A stretch of DNA of 57,840 nt from Octopus sinensis (taxonomy: Eukaryota), in the NCBI RefSeq assembly GCF_006345805.1, contig NW_021834247.1, positions 1-57,840 on the forward strand. The letters run 5' to 3'. The position numbers were made by a program, and so were the translations under genes. The notes beneath the pieces were generated by a model. That model did not search any database. It saw nothing but the letters and a program-made list of their open reading frames with translations, and was not told the origin of the DNA. Shown in pieces: positions 35,974-52,563 of this stretch. Within the stretch, counting starts at the first letter, position 1. The number at the start of each line of letters is the position of its first letter.

Positions 35974-36018
<45 letters not shown>

Positions 36019-36409
36019 TATATGTATGCATATTATTAGGGGATATGTTAGCCTTTTGAAGGGTAATACTGATTCAAGGTAATACTGATTTAATACCCAG
36101 AATTTTGGGGGAATGAAATTCCCTTAAATCATTAGAATCTATATTCAGCATATATATTATATATAGATCATACTAAGCACATGGTTTATATTCATTTAAA
36201 AGAAATAAAGAAATTAGAGATAAGGAATTTAATACTTTTGTTATCAAATTGGTCATCTTCGCTGCTGATAGCTATTTCGAGAAATTATTACAAATTTGTA
36301 CGTTAAATTTACATCTATGTGACATGAGTATAATTTCATCAGAGTGAAATTGTGTTCTTTTGGATTTTACGAGGACCGATCTTGTTTATTTTTCTCTTTA
36401 AATAGATAT

Positions 36410-37750
<1,341 letters not shown>

Positions 37751-37758
37751 ATATAGAA

Positions 37759-37860
37759 GGAGCTTCTACAGGACTAGAACTGTTTCATTCAAGAGAAATC
37801 TTCAGGAAGCTTCCTGAAGATTTCTCTTGAATGAAACAGTTCTAGTCCTGTAGAAGCTCC
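37759..37860. repeat. Perfect 102-bp palindrome with no spacer
   Basis: The 51-bp arms are exact reverse complements centred on AAG|CTT (37809/37810). Confidence 0.95.
37802..37860 (+). ncRNA. Type I hammerhead ribozyme motif, mirrored on the minus strand
   Basis: GCTTC-CTGAAGA-T.TTC(TCTT)GAA.T-GAAA-CAG(TTCTAGTC)CTG-TA-GAAGC: stems I and III pair, GUA cleavage triplet present, stem II weak. Confidence 0.6.
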
Positions 37861-37939
37861 ACTATATAATAATTAATTTTACTCTACTATGTATTTAGTA
37901 CCTTATTTACTGTGGTTAACCCCGAATCAACCCGGGACC

Positions 37940-37996
<57 letters not shown>

Positions 37997-38340
37997 TTAT
38001 ATATACATACATATATTTTATTAAATATAATGTCTTGTTGTTGAGATAGGTTCTCTTTCTTTCCTGATGAGAAGATTGCAATATTTTACACCGTTTATTC
38101 CTTTGGAATAAAACCAATGTTGTCTTTGAAACATATGTCAAATATAAAAGAATTCGAATAACATCTGCATTCAACTCCATTTATTTACTTATACTACACA
38201 AATTACTGCACATTAACCCGGAGTTTCTACCTTTGAATAGGTCGCTACATCCTTGTTACTTGCGTGAATTTTGCTACCTGGTAACTGTTTATTGAATTTT
38301 CCATGTTAACGGTAAACAAAGAATAATTCAGTTATCCATT

Positions 38341-38431
<91 letters not shown>

Positions 38432-38679
38432 TGTGTGTGTTAATGAGAAAAGATTGAGATATTTTTTAGTTTCTTTATAATTGTGAAAGAAAAGAAATAG
38501 TGAGTCAGCATTCGAACGAATCTTACATTGTGCAACAAATAGGTGGTACGCAAATAGCTATGTATATGTACATATATGCAGATAATTACGTGTATGTGTG
38601 TGTATGTATGCAGTTCTATTTGTATTTAAGTATGTAGTTGTTTATGTGTGTGTGTGAATGTCTCCCCACACCAGACAAT

Positions 38680-39240
38680 GACATGAAACTAGAATGTTTC
38701 ATGTCTTCTGTGCAAGCCATATGCCAGAAATATGTCCATGAGCACAAGGCCAAAACAAATAGGAGCAAAATTCCAAGAGACAGGAAGATCCTCATGAGAC
38801 GATAGACGAAGGTTGCAAATCGTCTCAATCAACATCCCAAAAGTAGCGAAACGTCCCACCTAAAAACAACACTGATGGAGATCGAAAAAAGGCTGCAACA
38901 ATCCTATGTGAGGGAGAAAGCAGACAAAGAAGCCTGGGTTCTAAAAAACATTAAGTCAAACCCAAAGGCATTCTTTCATTACGCGAAAGAAACAGTCTCA
39001 GTGCACTACAAGATAGGACCCCTCCTCCAAAAGGATGGCTCCCTCACAGACAGTCTAACTAAGATCAGTGAGATGCTGAATGACCAGTTCAAAAGTATCT
39101 TTACCACTCCGTTGGAACACAGACAAGTGAATGAACCAGTGGATTTCTTGACTGCCTTACCAATAACCAGCGAGGCATTTACGATGGAATACATCAACAT
39201 TAGCAAAGAACATTATTTACATTTGACGGATATTTGGAAT
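38680..39240 (+). mobile_element. CR1/jockey-type LINE ORF2 fragment (endonuclease-RT linker)
   Basis: IKSNPKAFFHYAK..IGPLL..ISEMLNDQFKSIFT motif. Confidence 0.85.
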
Positions 39241-41054
39241 TTGTAGTTGTAATACATGTGCCAGTGGCACGTAAAAAGTACCAGACGATCATGGACGTTT
39301 CCAGCCTCCTGCATCCCCTGTGTCGGTGGCACGTAAAAAGCACCCACTACACTCACGGAGCGGTTGGTGTTAGGAAGGGCATCCATCTGTAGAAACACTG
39401 CCAGATTAGACTGGGCCTGGTGCAGCCTTCTGGCTTCCCAGACCCCGGTCAAACCATCCAACCCATGCTAGCATGGAAAACGGACGTTAAACGATGATGA
39501 TGATATATACATAAACATATACATGTGCATGCAGTATGTGCATGTAGCAATCATAGACTAATGCACATATATATGCATATAAAGTATTTGTGCATAAAGC
39601 ATGCTAATTAATTAGTGAAAGAAAGTAAGGCAGTGCCCATAGCCTACACAAGGCCTCAAAACCTGAGAAAGAGAATTAGATGAGATAAACAGGAACAGTA
39701 TATTACTGCTACTTAATATTTTCAACCACTGGTGGGATTGTGTGCAAAGTTAATCCAAAGAGTATGTCATGGGTGGAGTGTCTTTGCTTCTAGGTTTTCA
39801 AAGATCTGGACTGAAAAGGGGCTAAAAGGCTACAACTACTCCAAAACTGACCTTTCCTTGCAAAAAGAACCACCACTATCACCATGACCCCAACCACAAT
39901 CACTTCTGCAACCTACACCACCACCACCTGCATCATCAACACAACCACAACCACAACTACAACCGACCTACACATTTCTGCTCAGACCAACTCTGTGATT
40001 TATTGAAATGTCTTGAGTTGGGCCCTTAATGGGATCAATGCAGTTCCCAGGTGAGGTAGCTATATCTAGTAGTTTATCTACTGACCCTGAAAGAATTTTA
40101 CTTCAGCTGGATTTGATCTCAGAACACAACAATTACTGCAAAGCTCTCAATTGGCTGTTGTGATGACCCGATAGAAAAAGCAGCTAAACCTCACTCAGCT
40201 CAGGCCTTACTGTTATAAGAAAGAAAGGTTATTGTAGATAATTTAATTTCAACATTATTCATATCCTAAAGACAGGATAGTCATGGCTAGAACGTTTTTA
40301 AGTAAATGATTTTTGTATTAGAGATGATCTGGGAGCTGACAACATCTAAAATTTGAACTCACTAAATGAAATGTTCACTAGAAATATCGCAAGAGGTAGA
40401 CGTGACCGCATTTCCCACGACACACATCGAACCCGTGCTCTATGGTGTCAGCTTGATGCAGTCATATGTATATCCGGGACAATATATGCGTGGCTGCAAT
40501 GCAGTCATTTGATCAGATAACTGGAAGATAGGGTAACGACAATAACAACGCCAACAAAATCAAGTACACACACGCACAAAACGCCACCACCACTGCCACC
40601 ATCAAGATAACCATCGTATATTTTTCTTAAGGTAACAAGTTGAGAACAATGAACACACCTGTAGTTATTTCATTTCGTCAATTGATACCGTCACACCTGA
40701 GATGTTAGTCACGTTGTATTCAACATAAATATTGCTTTACACACTCTGCTATCATATTTTGTTATGCAACAATCAATTTCCATCCTGTTTCTTTATTTTG
40801 AGTTCGTTTAAAATATTTTAAGTATTTTTATCCTGATTTGAAATGTCAGACAAAAACACTGAATCGGAAAACTGATACGTCTAAAACTTGTGGTGCATAT
40901 GTATGTGTGTATATATGTGTATGTATGTGTGTTTACATGCATGCGCATATGTATTTATATCTATGAATGTATATATATGCGTATATATTTATGTATGCAT
41001 GCATGTATGTATATAAGTATATATGTATGTGTATGTATTTTATGTGTATTTCTA

Positions 41055-41173
<119 letters not shown>

Positions 41174-41245
41174 GAGGAGAGAGAGATTGAAAGTGAGAGA
41201 AGTGGAGAGAAAAAGAGAGAAATACGTATGTATGTATATATATTT

Positions 41246-41329
<84 letters not shown>

Positions 41330-41899
41330 GCGTGTTGTGGGTGTGTACACATGGCGTTCCGAAATTAAGGCAACCAAAGTATCGGACTTTAACAACAATC
41401 AACAGATGCGATAAGATATGAAAACCATACATCATTATAAAAGCTTATTGTGTCTTGTGTTTGCTTCAGACTAAATAAATTCACATTTATAGATTAGATA
41501 ATGGTTATAGACCGAAATACAACCATAATACTCCACAAGGAGGCGAAAGTAATACAACTATAACCTGTCTATCGCATAAAACTCAATTTTCCCCATATTC
41601 CTCACCATGGCAACTAAACGGTAAGCCCGAGCGACTTGCAACCCCCCTCATAACATTGCCCACCGCATTTTACCGCCCAGTATAAATTTTGGAGCCAATC
41701 CGACTCCATCTACCGCCCATTAAACGGTTCCCATCCCAAAATGAGACAAATAACCAAGAAATCAAACAACTTTTTCGCATTTCAGCTTCATAGATATTAA
41801 TAATGGATATAGACATAAATACAATCATAACAGTCTACACGGAGGCGAAGGTGTAACACAACTATAGCAAAAGATTTTTTAGAAGTAACTGAACAACAG

Positions 41900-42830
41900 T
41901 CTAGAAAATTGTCAAAAGATTTTAAGAGATTCGTTCCACGGCTAGGCGCCCTGGACGTGGCCAAAAAAGAAATGTGCGAACCCTTCAGCTTATCAAATGT
42001 ATCCAAGAAAAGATACGGTGAAATCCTCGTCGTTCCCTCAGAAAACTGGATGCTACAGTAAAAATAAGCTAAACATCGGTGTATCCAAGCGCTGAAGGAG
42101 GGTCTCAGGACCCAACGATAAAAGATGATCCGTTGTCGAGCTCACACAAGTTTACAAAGCCATGGAACTGGAGGGTAATCGTTTTAGCATGCGTGAGATT
42201 GTTGAAGGCATGCTGCCCTAACTGGTGTTCGCTGATGAAAAGGAATTTGACATCGAATAGACAGTAAACCAGCAGAATGGCCAGCCTTGGTGTGTATCTG
42301 GCTCCGTCGAGGGTGGATCGATAAATTGACGTCAATATGTGATACTTGCGTACTAATTCCAACATAAACCGAGCGACCATATTCATAACAGTGAAGTACT
42401 ATCAAAATGCAGCATATCAGGTCCTGGAGTCATCCTCATCACCATACAGCTGAGATTGTCAGGTCATCTCTCACGTATCCCAAAGCAACATCTCTTAGGC
42501 CAATTCCTATAAGGAAGGTCAGTTGGAAGGCCACTGCTATGCTTCAAAAGCAAACTAAAAAACAATCTGAAGCGATGCAACATGCCCTTCTCTCCTTGGG
42601 AAGCCAAAGCACCACATAGCAAGGACCTAGTACTAGACATTCTTCTCGTCAGGTTTGAGAATAATTGTCTCCAACAACGGGAACAACTTCGTGCAAGCAT
42701 AAAGGTACGCTGGCAAAACACTGCTCCACTAAATAGAAACCTCGCGTGTCATTGTGGTTTTGGGGCACAAAGCAAAGCAGACTTTATTGTCCGCTGAAGG
42801 AAACACATGGTAAATGATCATGAAGCACTC
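41900..42830 (+). mobile_element. Highly decayed Tc1/mariner-superfamily transposase
   Basis: FADEKEFDIE..NQQN matches the FSDEK.F..N.QND motif; C-terminal AEG remnant; many stops. Confidence 0.55.
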
Positions 42831-42979
42831 AAGCCAAGTGAGCACTCAACTGGTTTTATTTGCCAAAAGATTTTCAAGGCCCCAGGGGGCATCAAGAGAG
42901 ACATTCGCGCCCAGAGAACATAGTTAACGATTTATTTTACTGAACCTCCATTTGTCGTTCACGACGAGAGAATCCATCA

Positions 42980-43600
42980 TATGTGTGTGCGTGTGTGCAT
43001 GAGTGTGTGTGCGTGTGTGTGCGTGTGTGTGCGTGTGTGTGCGTGTGTGTGCGTGTGTGTATGTGTGTATGTGTGTGCGTGTGTGTATGTGTGAGAGCGT
43101 GTGTATGTGTGTGTGTATGTGTGTGTATGCGTGTGTGTGTGTGTATATGTGTACGTGTGTGTGCATGTGTATGTGTATGTGTGTGTGTGCGCGCGTGTGT
43201 GTGTGTGCGTGTGTGCGTGTGTGTGTGTGCGTGTGTGTGTATGTGTGTGTGCGTATGTGCATGAATGTGTATGTGTGCGTGTGTGTGAGTGAGTGTGTGT
43301 GTGTGTGTGTGTGTATGTGTGTGTGTCTATTCACACAGTTTGATGTCTTGAATTGAACCAATCGCCCCCAGTAATTGTCTTTTCTCAGGCAGCTACTCAT
43401 TCGTTCCTTCTCTCTTTTTGCTAAAGTGCAATGTTACAGCGACATGGACATAGCCAATAGAATCCACACACACACACAAACACACACTTACGTACGCACA
43501 TCTACGCACACACACACACACACATGCACACACGCACGAGTTCACGCACACACACACACACACACACAAACACACACGGACGCACAAACACACACACAGA
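42980..43600. repeat. (GT)n then (CA)n compound microsatellites
   Basis: Directly visible. Confidence 0.9.
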
Positions 43601-43749
43601 CGTTCCAATGCAAAGAAATGCAAATTTTAATTTATTTATGAATATGTAATGAGCAAAACTGAAAGGAATTCTAAACATTTTTTATTTTTATTGAAGAAAA
43701 CATTAATAAAGTAACTTATATCTATGTACTCTTCATTTTTTTCTTGTTC

Positions 43750-44768
43750 ATTATGTATATATACGTGTAGATATATATATATGTATATATATACATGTAT
43801 GTATGTATGGATGTACGTATGTTTGAATATATGTGTTTAAGTACGTATGTATGTATGTTTGTATATATCTGTTTATGTATGCATGTATGTATGTATGTAT
43901 GTATGTATGTATGTATGTATGTATGCATGTATATATGTATGTATGTATGAATATATGCAGTATGTATGTGTGTATGTAAGTATGTAGGTATGTATATAAG
44001 TATATATGTATGAATGTATGCATGCATGTATGTATGTATGTATATATGTATGTATATATATATGTATGTATGTATGTATGTATATATGTATGTATATATC
44101 TATGTATGTATATATGTATATATCTATGTATGTATATATGTATGTCTGTATGCATGTATGTATGTATGTATGTATGTATGTATGTATGTATGTATGTACG
44201 TATAAATGTATGTGTGTATGTATGCATACATGCATGCATGAATGTATGTATGTACGTATATATGTATTTATGTATGTATGTACGTACGTACGTATGTGTG
44301 TATGTATGTACGTATATATGTGTGTATGTATGTATGTATACATGCATACATGCATGTATGTATGTATCTATGTATGTACGCACGTATGTATGTATGTATG
44401 TACGTGTAATATGTATATATGTATGTATGTAAGTATGTATGTACGTACGTATGTATGTATATATGTATCTATGTATATATGTATGTATCTATGTATATCT
44501 GAATGTATGTATGTATATATGTACATATGTATATCTGTATGTATATATGTATGTATGTATACATATATGTATGTATGCATGAATATATGTATGTTTGTAT
44601 GCAGTTATGTATGTATGCATGTATGTATGTATATAGGCATGTATGTATGTATGCATGTATGCATGTATGTATGTACGTACGTATGCATATATGTATGTAT
44701 GTATGTATCTACGTACGTGTGTATATATGTATGTATGTACATATGTATGTACTTATGTGTATATATAT

Positions 44769-44801
<33 letters not shown>

Positions 44802-46536
44802 GTATATGTATGTATGTAAGTATGTGTGCATGTATATATGTATGTGTGTATGTATGTATGTCTGGACGTATGTATATATGTATGTATGTATGTATGTACG
44901 TACGTATGAATATATGTATATATATATATAGGTATATATGTATGTATGTATTTATGTATATATGTATGTATGTACGTACGCATGTATAAATGTATGTATG
45001 CAAGTATGTATGTATGAATGTACGTACGTACGTATGTATATATGTATAAATGTATGTATATATGTATATACGCATGTATGTATGTATATATGTATATAGG
45101 TATACATGTATGTATGTATGTATGTACGGACGTATGTATATATGTATGTATGTATGTTTATATGTATGTATGTACGAACGCATGTATATATGTATGTATT
45201 TATGTATATATGTATGTATGTACGTACGCATGTATAAATGTATGTATGCATGTATGTATGTATGTATGTATGTATGTATGTATGTATGTACGTACGTACG
45301 TATGTATATATGTATATATGTATGTATGTATGTATGTACGTACGTATCTATATATGTATGTATGAACGTACGGATGTATATACGTATGTATATATGTATG
45401 TATGTATATATGTATGTATGTATATATGTATTTATATATGTTCGTATGTTTGTATGTCTGTACCTACGCATGTATATATATGTATGTATGTATATATGTA
45501 CATATGTATATATATATATATGTATATGTATGTATGTAAGTATGTGTGCATGTTATATGTATGTGTGTATGTATGTATGTCTGGACGTATGTATATATGT
45601 ATGTATGTATGTAATGTATGTATGTATATGTATATATATATATATATAGGTATATATGTATGTATGTATGTACGGACGTATGTATATATGATATGTATGT
45701 ATGTTTATATGTATGTATGTACGTACGCATGTATATATGTATGTATGTATTTATGTATATATGTATGTATGTACGTACGCATGTATAAATGTATGTATGC
45801 AAGTATGTATGTATGAATGTACGTACGTACGTATGTATATATGTATATATGTATGTATATATGTACGTACGTATGAATATATGTATATATGTATATAGGT
45901 ATACATGTATGTATGTATGTATGTACGGACGTATGTATATATGTATGTATGTATGTTATATGTATGTATGTACGTACGCATGTATATATGTATGTATTTA
46001 TGTAATATGTATGTATGTACGTACGCATGTATAATGTATGTATGCATGTATGTATGTATTATGTATGTATGTATGTATGTATGTATGTATGATGTATGTA
46101 TGTATGTATGTTATGTAGTACGTACGTACGTATGTATATATGTATATAGTATGTATGTATGTATGTACGTACGTATCTATATATGTATGTATGAACGTAC
46201 GGATGTATATACGTATGTATATATGTATATAGTATGTATGTATGTATGTATATATGTATTTATATATGTTCGTATGTTTGTATGTCTGTACCTACGCATG
46301 TATATATATATGTATGTATGTATATATGTACATATGTATATATATATGTATGTATGTACGAACGTATGTATATATGTATGTATCAATGTATGTATGTATG
46401 TATGTATGTATGTATGTATGTATGTATGTATGTATGTATGTATGTATGTATGTATGTATTGTATGCAAGTATATATGTTTGTCTGTACGTATGTATATAA
46501 TATGTATATATGTATATATGTATGTATGTATGGATG

Positions 46537-46567
<31 letters not shown>

Positions 46568-47477
46568 GTAATTATGTATATATGTATATACGCATGTATG
46601 TATGTAACTACGTGCGTATGTATGTATGTACTTAGGTATGTATGTATGTATGTATGTGTGTATGCATGTATGTATGTATGTATGTATGAATGCACGTACG
46701 TATGTATATACGTAGGTATGTATGTATGCATGCATGTATGTATAGTATGTATGTATGTATGTATGTAGGCATATATCTATGCATCTACCTATATTTGTAT
46801 GTATATGTGTATGTATATACGTCTGCATCTATGTATGTATGTATGTGTGCATGTATGTATGTATGTATGTAGGTACGTATGTATATACGTATGAATTTAA
46901 GTACGTCCGCATGTATATATGTTTGTATGCATGTATGTATGCATGTATGTATGTATGTATGTATGTGTGTATGTATGTATGCAAGCATGTATGTATGTAT
47001 ATATATATATGTATGTATGCATGTGTATATGTATGTATGTGTGTATGTATTTATGTATGTATGTATGTATGTATGTATGTATGTGTATGTATGTATGTAT
47101 GTAAATATGTAATTATATAAGTATGTATGTATGTATGTATGCATGTATATATATGTGTATATATGTGTGTATCCATCTATGTGTGCATGTATGTATCTAT
47201 GTATGCATGCATGTATGTATATATGTATGTATCAATGTATGTATGTATGTATGTATGCATGTGTGTATCTATGTATGTACGTACGTATGTATATATGTAT
47301 GTATGCATGCATGTAGTTATGTCAATATGTAAGTATATAAGTGTGTATGTATGTATATATGCGAGCATGTATGTATGTATATATGTATGTATGTATGATT
47401 CCATGTATGTATACATGTGTGTATGTATGTATGTGTGAATGTATGTATGTATGTATGTATGCACGTACGTACGAATG

Positions 47478-47511
<34 letters not shown>

Positions 47512-47856
47512 TGTATGTATGTATGTATGTATGAATGTACTTTTGTATGTATGTATGTGTGTATATATTCATAAATGCATGCATGTATGTATGCATGTGT
47601 GTATGTATGTGTGAATGTATCTATGTATGCATGAATGTATGTATATATGTATGTATGTATGTATGCAAGCATATATGTATATATATATATATATGTATGT
47701 ATGCATGTGTATATGTATGTATGTATGTGTGTATGTATGTATGCATACATGCATGCATGTATGTATGTATGTATTTATATATGTATGTATGCATGTATGT
47801 ATTTATGTATATATGTAAGTATATAAGTATGTATGCATGTATGTATGTATGTATGG

Positions 47857-47889
<33 letters not shown>

Positions 47890-49526
47890 TGTATGCATGC
47901 ATGCATGTATGTCTGTATGAATGTATGGATGTATGTATATATGTATGCATGCATGTATGTATGTACGTACGAATGTATGTATGTATATATGTATGTACGT
48001 ACGTACGGATGTATGTATGTATGTATGTATGTATGTACTTTTGTATGTATGTATGTATGTGTGTATATATGCATACATGTATGTATGCATGTATGCATGT
48101 ATGTATGTATATACATATGCATGTATGTATGCATGTGTGTATGTATGTGTGAATGTATCTATGTATGCATGTATGATTGTATGTATATATGCAGTCATGC
48201 ATGTATGTATGTATGTATGTATGTATACATGTAGGTGTGTTTGCATGTATGTATATATATATATATATATATATATGTATGAATATATGTATGTATGTAT
48301 GTATATATGTATGTATGTATGTATATATATGTATGTATGTATGTGTGTATGTATGTATGCATGTATGTATGCATGTACTTACGTATTTATGTATTTATGT
48401 ATGTATGTAGGTATGTACGTATGAATGTATTTATATCTATTTATGTATGTATATATGTATATATGTATATATGTATGTATTCTTGTATGTATGTATATAT
48501 GTATATATCTATGTATGTTTATATGTATGTATGTATGCATGTATGTATGTATATATGAATGTATGTATATATGTACATATGTATGTAGGCATGTAGGTAT
48601 GTAGGTATATATATATATATATATGTATGTATATATGTATGCATGTATGCATGTATGAATGAATGTACATATGTATGTATGTATATATGTATGTATGTAT
48701 GTATATTGTTTGTATGTATGTATGTATGTATGTATGTATGTACATATGTATGTACGTACATATTTATATATTATGTATGTATATACGTATGTATATATAT
48801 ATATGTATGTATGTATGTATTTATGTATGCATGCATATATGTATGTATGTATGTATGTCTGTATGTATGTAATGTATGTATATATGTATGTACGTCCGTA
48901 TGTATGTATGCATGTATGTATGTATGTTTGTATGTATGTATGTATGTATGTATGTATGTATGCATGTATGTATGATTGTATGTATGTATGAATGTATTTA
49001 TGTATGTATATATGTATATATGAATGTATATATGTATATATGAATGTACGTATGTATGTATGAATGTATATATGTATGTATGTATGTATGCATGCATGCA
49101 TGTATGTCTGCATGTATGTATGTATGTATATATGTATGTATGAATGTTTGTATGTATGTATGCATGTATGTATGTATGTATGTATGTATGTATGTATGTA
49201 TGTATGTATGTATGTATGAATGTACGTATGAATGTATTTATGTATGTATATATGAATGTATTTATGTATGATTATATGCATTCATTCATGCATGTATGTA
49301 TGTATGTATGTATGTATGTATGTATGTATGTATGTATGTATGTATGTATGTATGCATGTATGTATGTATGTATGTATGTATGTATACATTTATGTCTGTA
49401 TGTATGTATGTATGTATGAATGTATGAATATTTGTATGTATGTACGTACGTATGCATATATGTATGTATGTCTGTATATACGTACGTGTGTATATATGTA
49501 TGTATGTACGTACGTATGTACTTCTG

Positions 49527-49579
<53 letters not shown>

Positions 49580-50888
49580 ATATGCATGTATATAGGTATG
49601 TGTGTATGTATGTATGTATGTCTGGACGTATGTATATATGTATGTATGTACGTACGTACGTATGTATATATGTATATATGTATATAGGTATATATGTATG
49701 TATGTTTATATGTATTTATGTACGTATGTATATATGTATGTATGTATTTATGTATATATGTATGTACGTATGCATGTAGATATGTATGTATGTATGTATG
49801 TATGTACGTACATATGTATATATATATATGTATGTATGTATGTACGTACGTATCTATATATGTATGTATATACGTACGTATGTATATACGTATGTATATA
49901 TATATGTATATATATATGTATGTTTGTAAGTCTGTACGTACGCATGTATATATCTATGTATGTATGTATATATGTACATATGTATATATATATGTATGTA
50001 TATATGAATGTATTTATGTATGTATATATGCATATATGCATGCATTCATGTATGTATGTATGTATGTATGTATGTATGTATGTATGTATGTATGTATGAA
50101 TTTATGTATGTATGTATGTATGTATGTATGTATGCATGCATGCATGTATGTATGTATGTATGTATTTACGAATTTGTATATGTATATATGTATGTACGAA
50201 TGTATATATGTATGTATGTATGTATATATGTACGTATGTATTTATGTATGTATGTATGTATGTATGTATGTATGTATGTATTTATGTATGTACGTATGTA
50301 TGTATGTATGTATGTATGTATATATGTATGTATTTATGTATGCATGTATATATGTATGTATGTATGTCTGTATGTATGTACGTCTGTATGTATGTGCGTA
50401 CGCATGCATGTATGTATGTATGTATGTATGTATGAATGTATGTATGCACGTATGTATGTATATATGTATGTATGTACGAACGTATGTATATATGTATGTA
50501 TGTATATATGTATGCATGCATGTATGTATGTATATATGTATGAATGTATGTATGCATGTGTGCATGTATGTATGTATGTACGTACGTATGTATATATGTA
50601 TGTATGTATGTATGTACGTATGTATGTATGTATATACGTATATATGTATGTATTAATGTGTGTGTATGTATGTATGTATGTGTGTATGTATGTATGTGTA
50701 TGTATGTATGTATGTATGTATGTATGTATGTATGTATGTATGTTTGCATGTTTGTATGTATGTATATATGTATGTATGTATGTATGTATTTATGTATGTA
50801 TGTATGTACGAACGTATGTAAATATGTATGTATGTATATATGTATGCATGCATGTGTGCATGTATGTATGTATGTATGTACGTACGTT

Positions 50889-50920
<32 letters not shown>

Positions 50921-51070
50921 TGTATGCATGCATATATGTATGTATGTATGTATTTATGTCTGCATTTATGTAATGTATGTATATATGTATGTGTGTATGT
51001 ATGTATATATGTGTATGTATGTATATATATGTATGTATGTGTGTATGTATTATATATGTACGTGTGTGTG
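43750..51070. repeat. About 7.3 kb degenerate (TATG)n simple satellite with internal higher-order duplications
   Basis: Continuous TATG/TACG/TGCA/TA units; rare landmarks such as TCTGGACGTATG recur at about 44861, 45579 and 49621. Confidence 0.95.
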
Positions 51071-51334
51071 TGGTCGGGAATCAAACCTTTTGCCACACAG
51101 CCTCGTTCCCGTTATTAATGAGTGAAGTTCTTCTTTAAAAGTCCTTCTTAATTTTCCTCCGATTTTTGTGTAGAAAACTGAAGTAAAATTGAATGAGTAA
51201 CGATCTCAAGAAAGAAAAGTTTTCGGTCGATTACTTGGAATGATCGCGTCTATAGTGTGCTGCAGCATGGCCGTAATGAAACTACTGAAACAAATAAACG
51301 ATGCACGATAAAACCTATTTTCTAGTCCGGGGGG

Positions 51335-51845
51335 ATACATACACATACACACACATACACACACATACACACATACGCATGCACTTATACGCACACACAC
51401 ACCCGAACACACATACACACGCACTCACACACACTGACACACACACGCACACACACGCACACACACACACATACACACGCACATGCACAAACACATACAC
51501 ACACTAACACACACGCACACACACGCACACACACACACATACACACGCACATGCACGAACACATACACACACTAACACACACACACACTAACACACACGC
51601 ACACACACACACACATATACACGCACATGCACGAACACATACACACACTAACACACACACACACACACGCACACACACACACATACACACGCACATGCAC
51701 GATCACGTACACACACTAACACACACGCACCACACTCACACACACGCACATGCACACACACACACACATACGCACACACACTTACACACACATACATACG
51801 CACATGCACACACACATACGCACACACACAGTTACGCACACACAT
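51335..51845. repeat. (CA)n-based compound micro/minisatellite
   Basis: Directly visible; the ACACTAACAC landmark recurs several times. Confidence 0.9.
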
Positions 51846-52450
51846 CAACTTCCGATTCGATCTTGGCAATCTTTAGGTCATCGTGACCTAGCAATTCGAC
51901 AAAATGAGAACGAGGGAATGAGTAGCAGTCCAAGGAGAGAGAAGTACTGCCAACGACGACTGCTAGTAAACACGTCGATGTGGTGCTCCAGCTTGGCGGT
52001 TGTCCTAGGTTTGAAACAAGTAAACGACGATCGATAGAATCTATGTTAAGATCCGTATTAAAGATCGCTATGGTTTCAAGGGAGATAACTCTTAAATATA
52101 AACAAAATATTTCTAAACCAAGAATGAAGTATTGGGGACAGTGTCAAGGGAAATAACTTTCAAAGAAAAAGTGCAATATACATGAGAGTAGCCTCCCTTA
52201 ACAAGTAAAATTAAACGTATTAAGCTATAGTGTATGGTTTGCAGGGAGATAACTTTCAAACAAAAATGCCATATATTTGAGAGTAGCCTCCCTTAACAAG
52301 TTAACTTCTACGTATTCAGCTCTAATGAATATCATAAAGGGAGATAACTTTTAAACGAGAATGAATGTATTTGAGAGTAACCTCCCTTTAAAAAAGTAAT
52401 TGTGGTTTCAGCCTATATACCGCAGAGAGGGTGAAATAGATAGATAGATT

Positions 52451-52481
<31 letters not shown>

Positions 52482-52563
52482 GTTAAGAGAGGGAGAGAGA
52501 CAGTCTGACAAGCAGGTAGAAAAACAGAGGAATGGATCGGTAGGGGAAGGGGCAGAAATGGTA

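Noticed and set aside
43722-51125. Dozens of long ORFs (up to 327 aa) rich in M/Y/V/C or H/T/Y/I
   Set aside because: Translations of the (TATG)n satellite, which lacks stop codons by composition; no splice or domain support.
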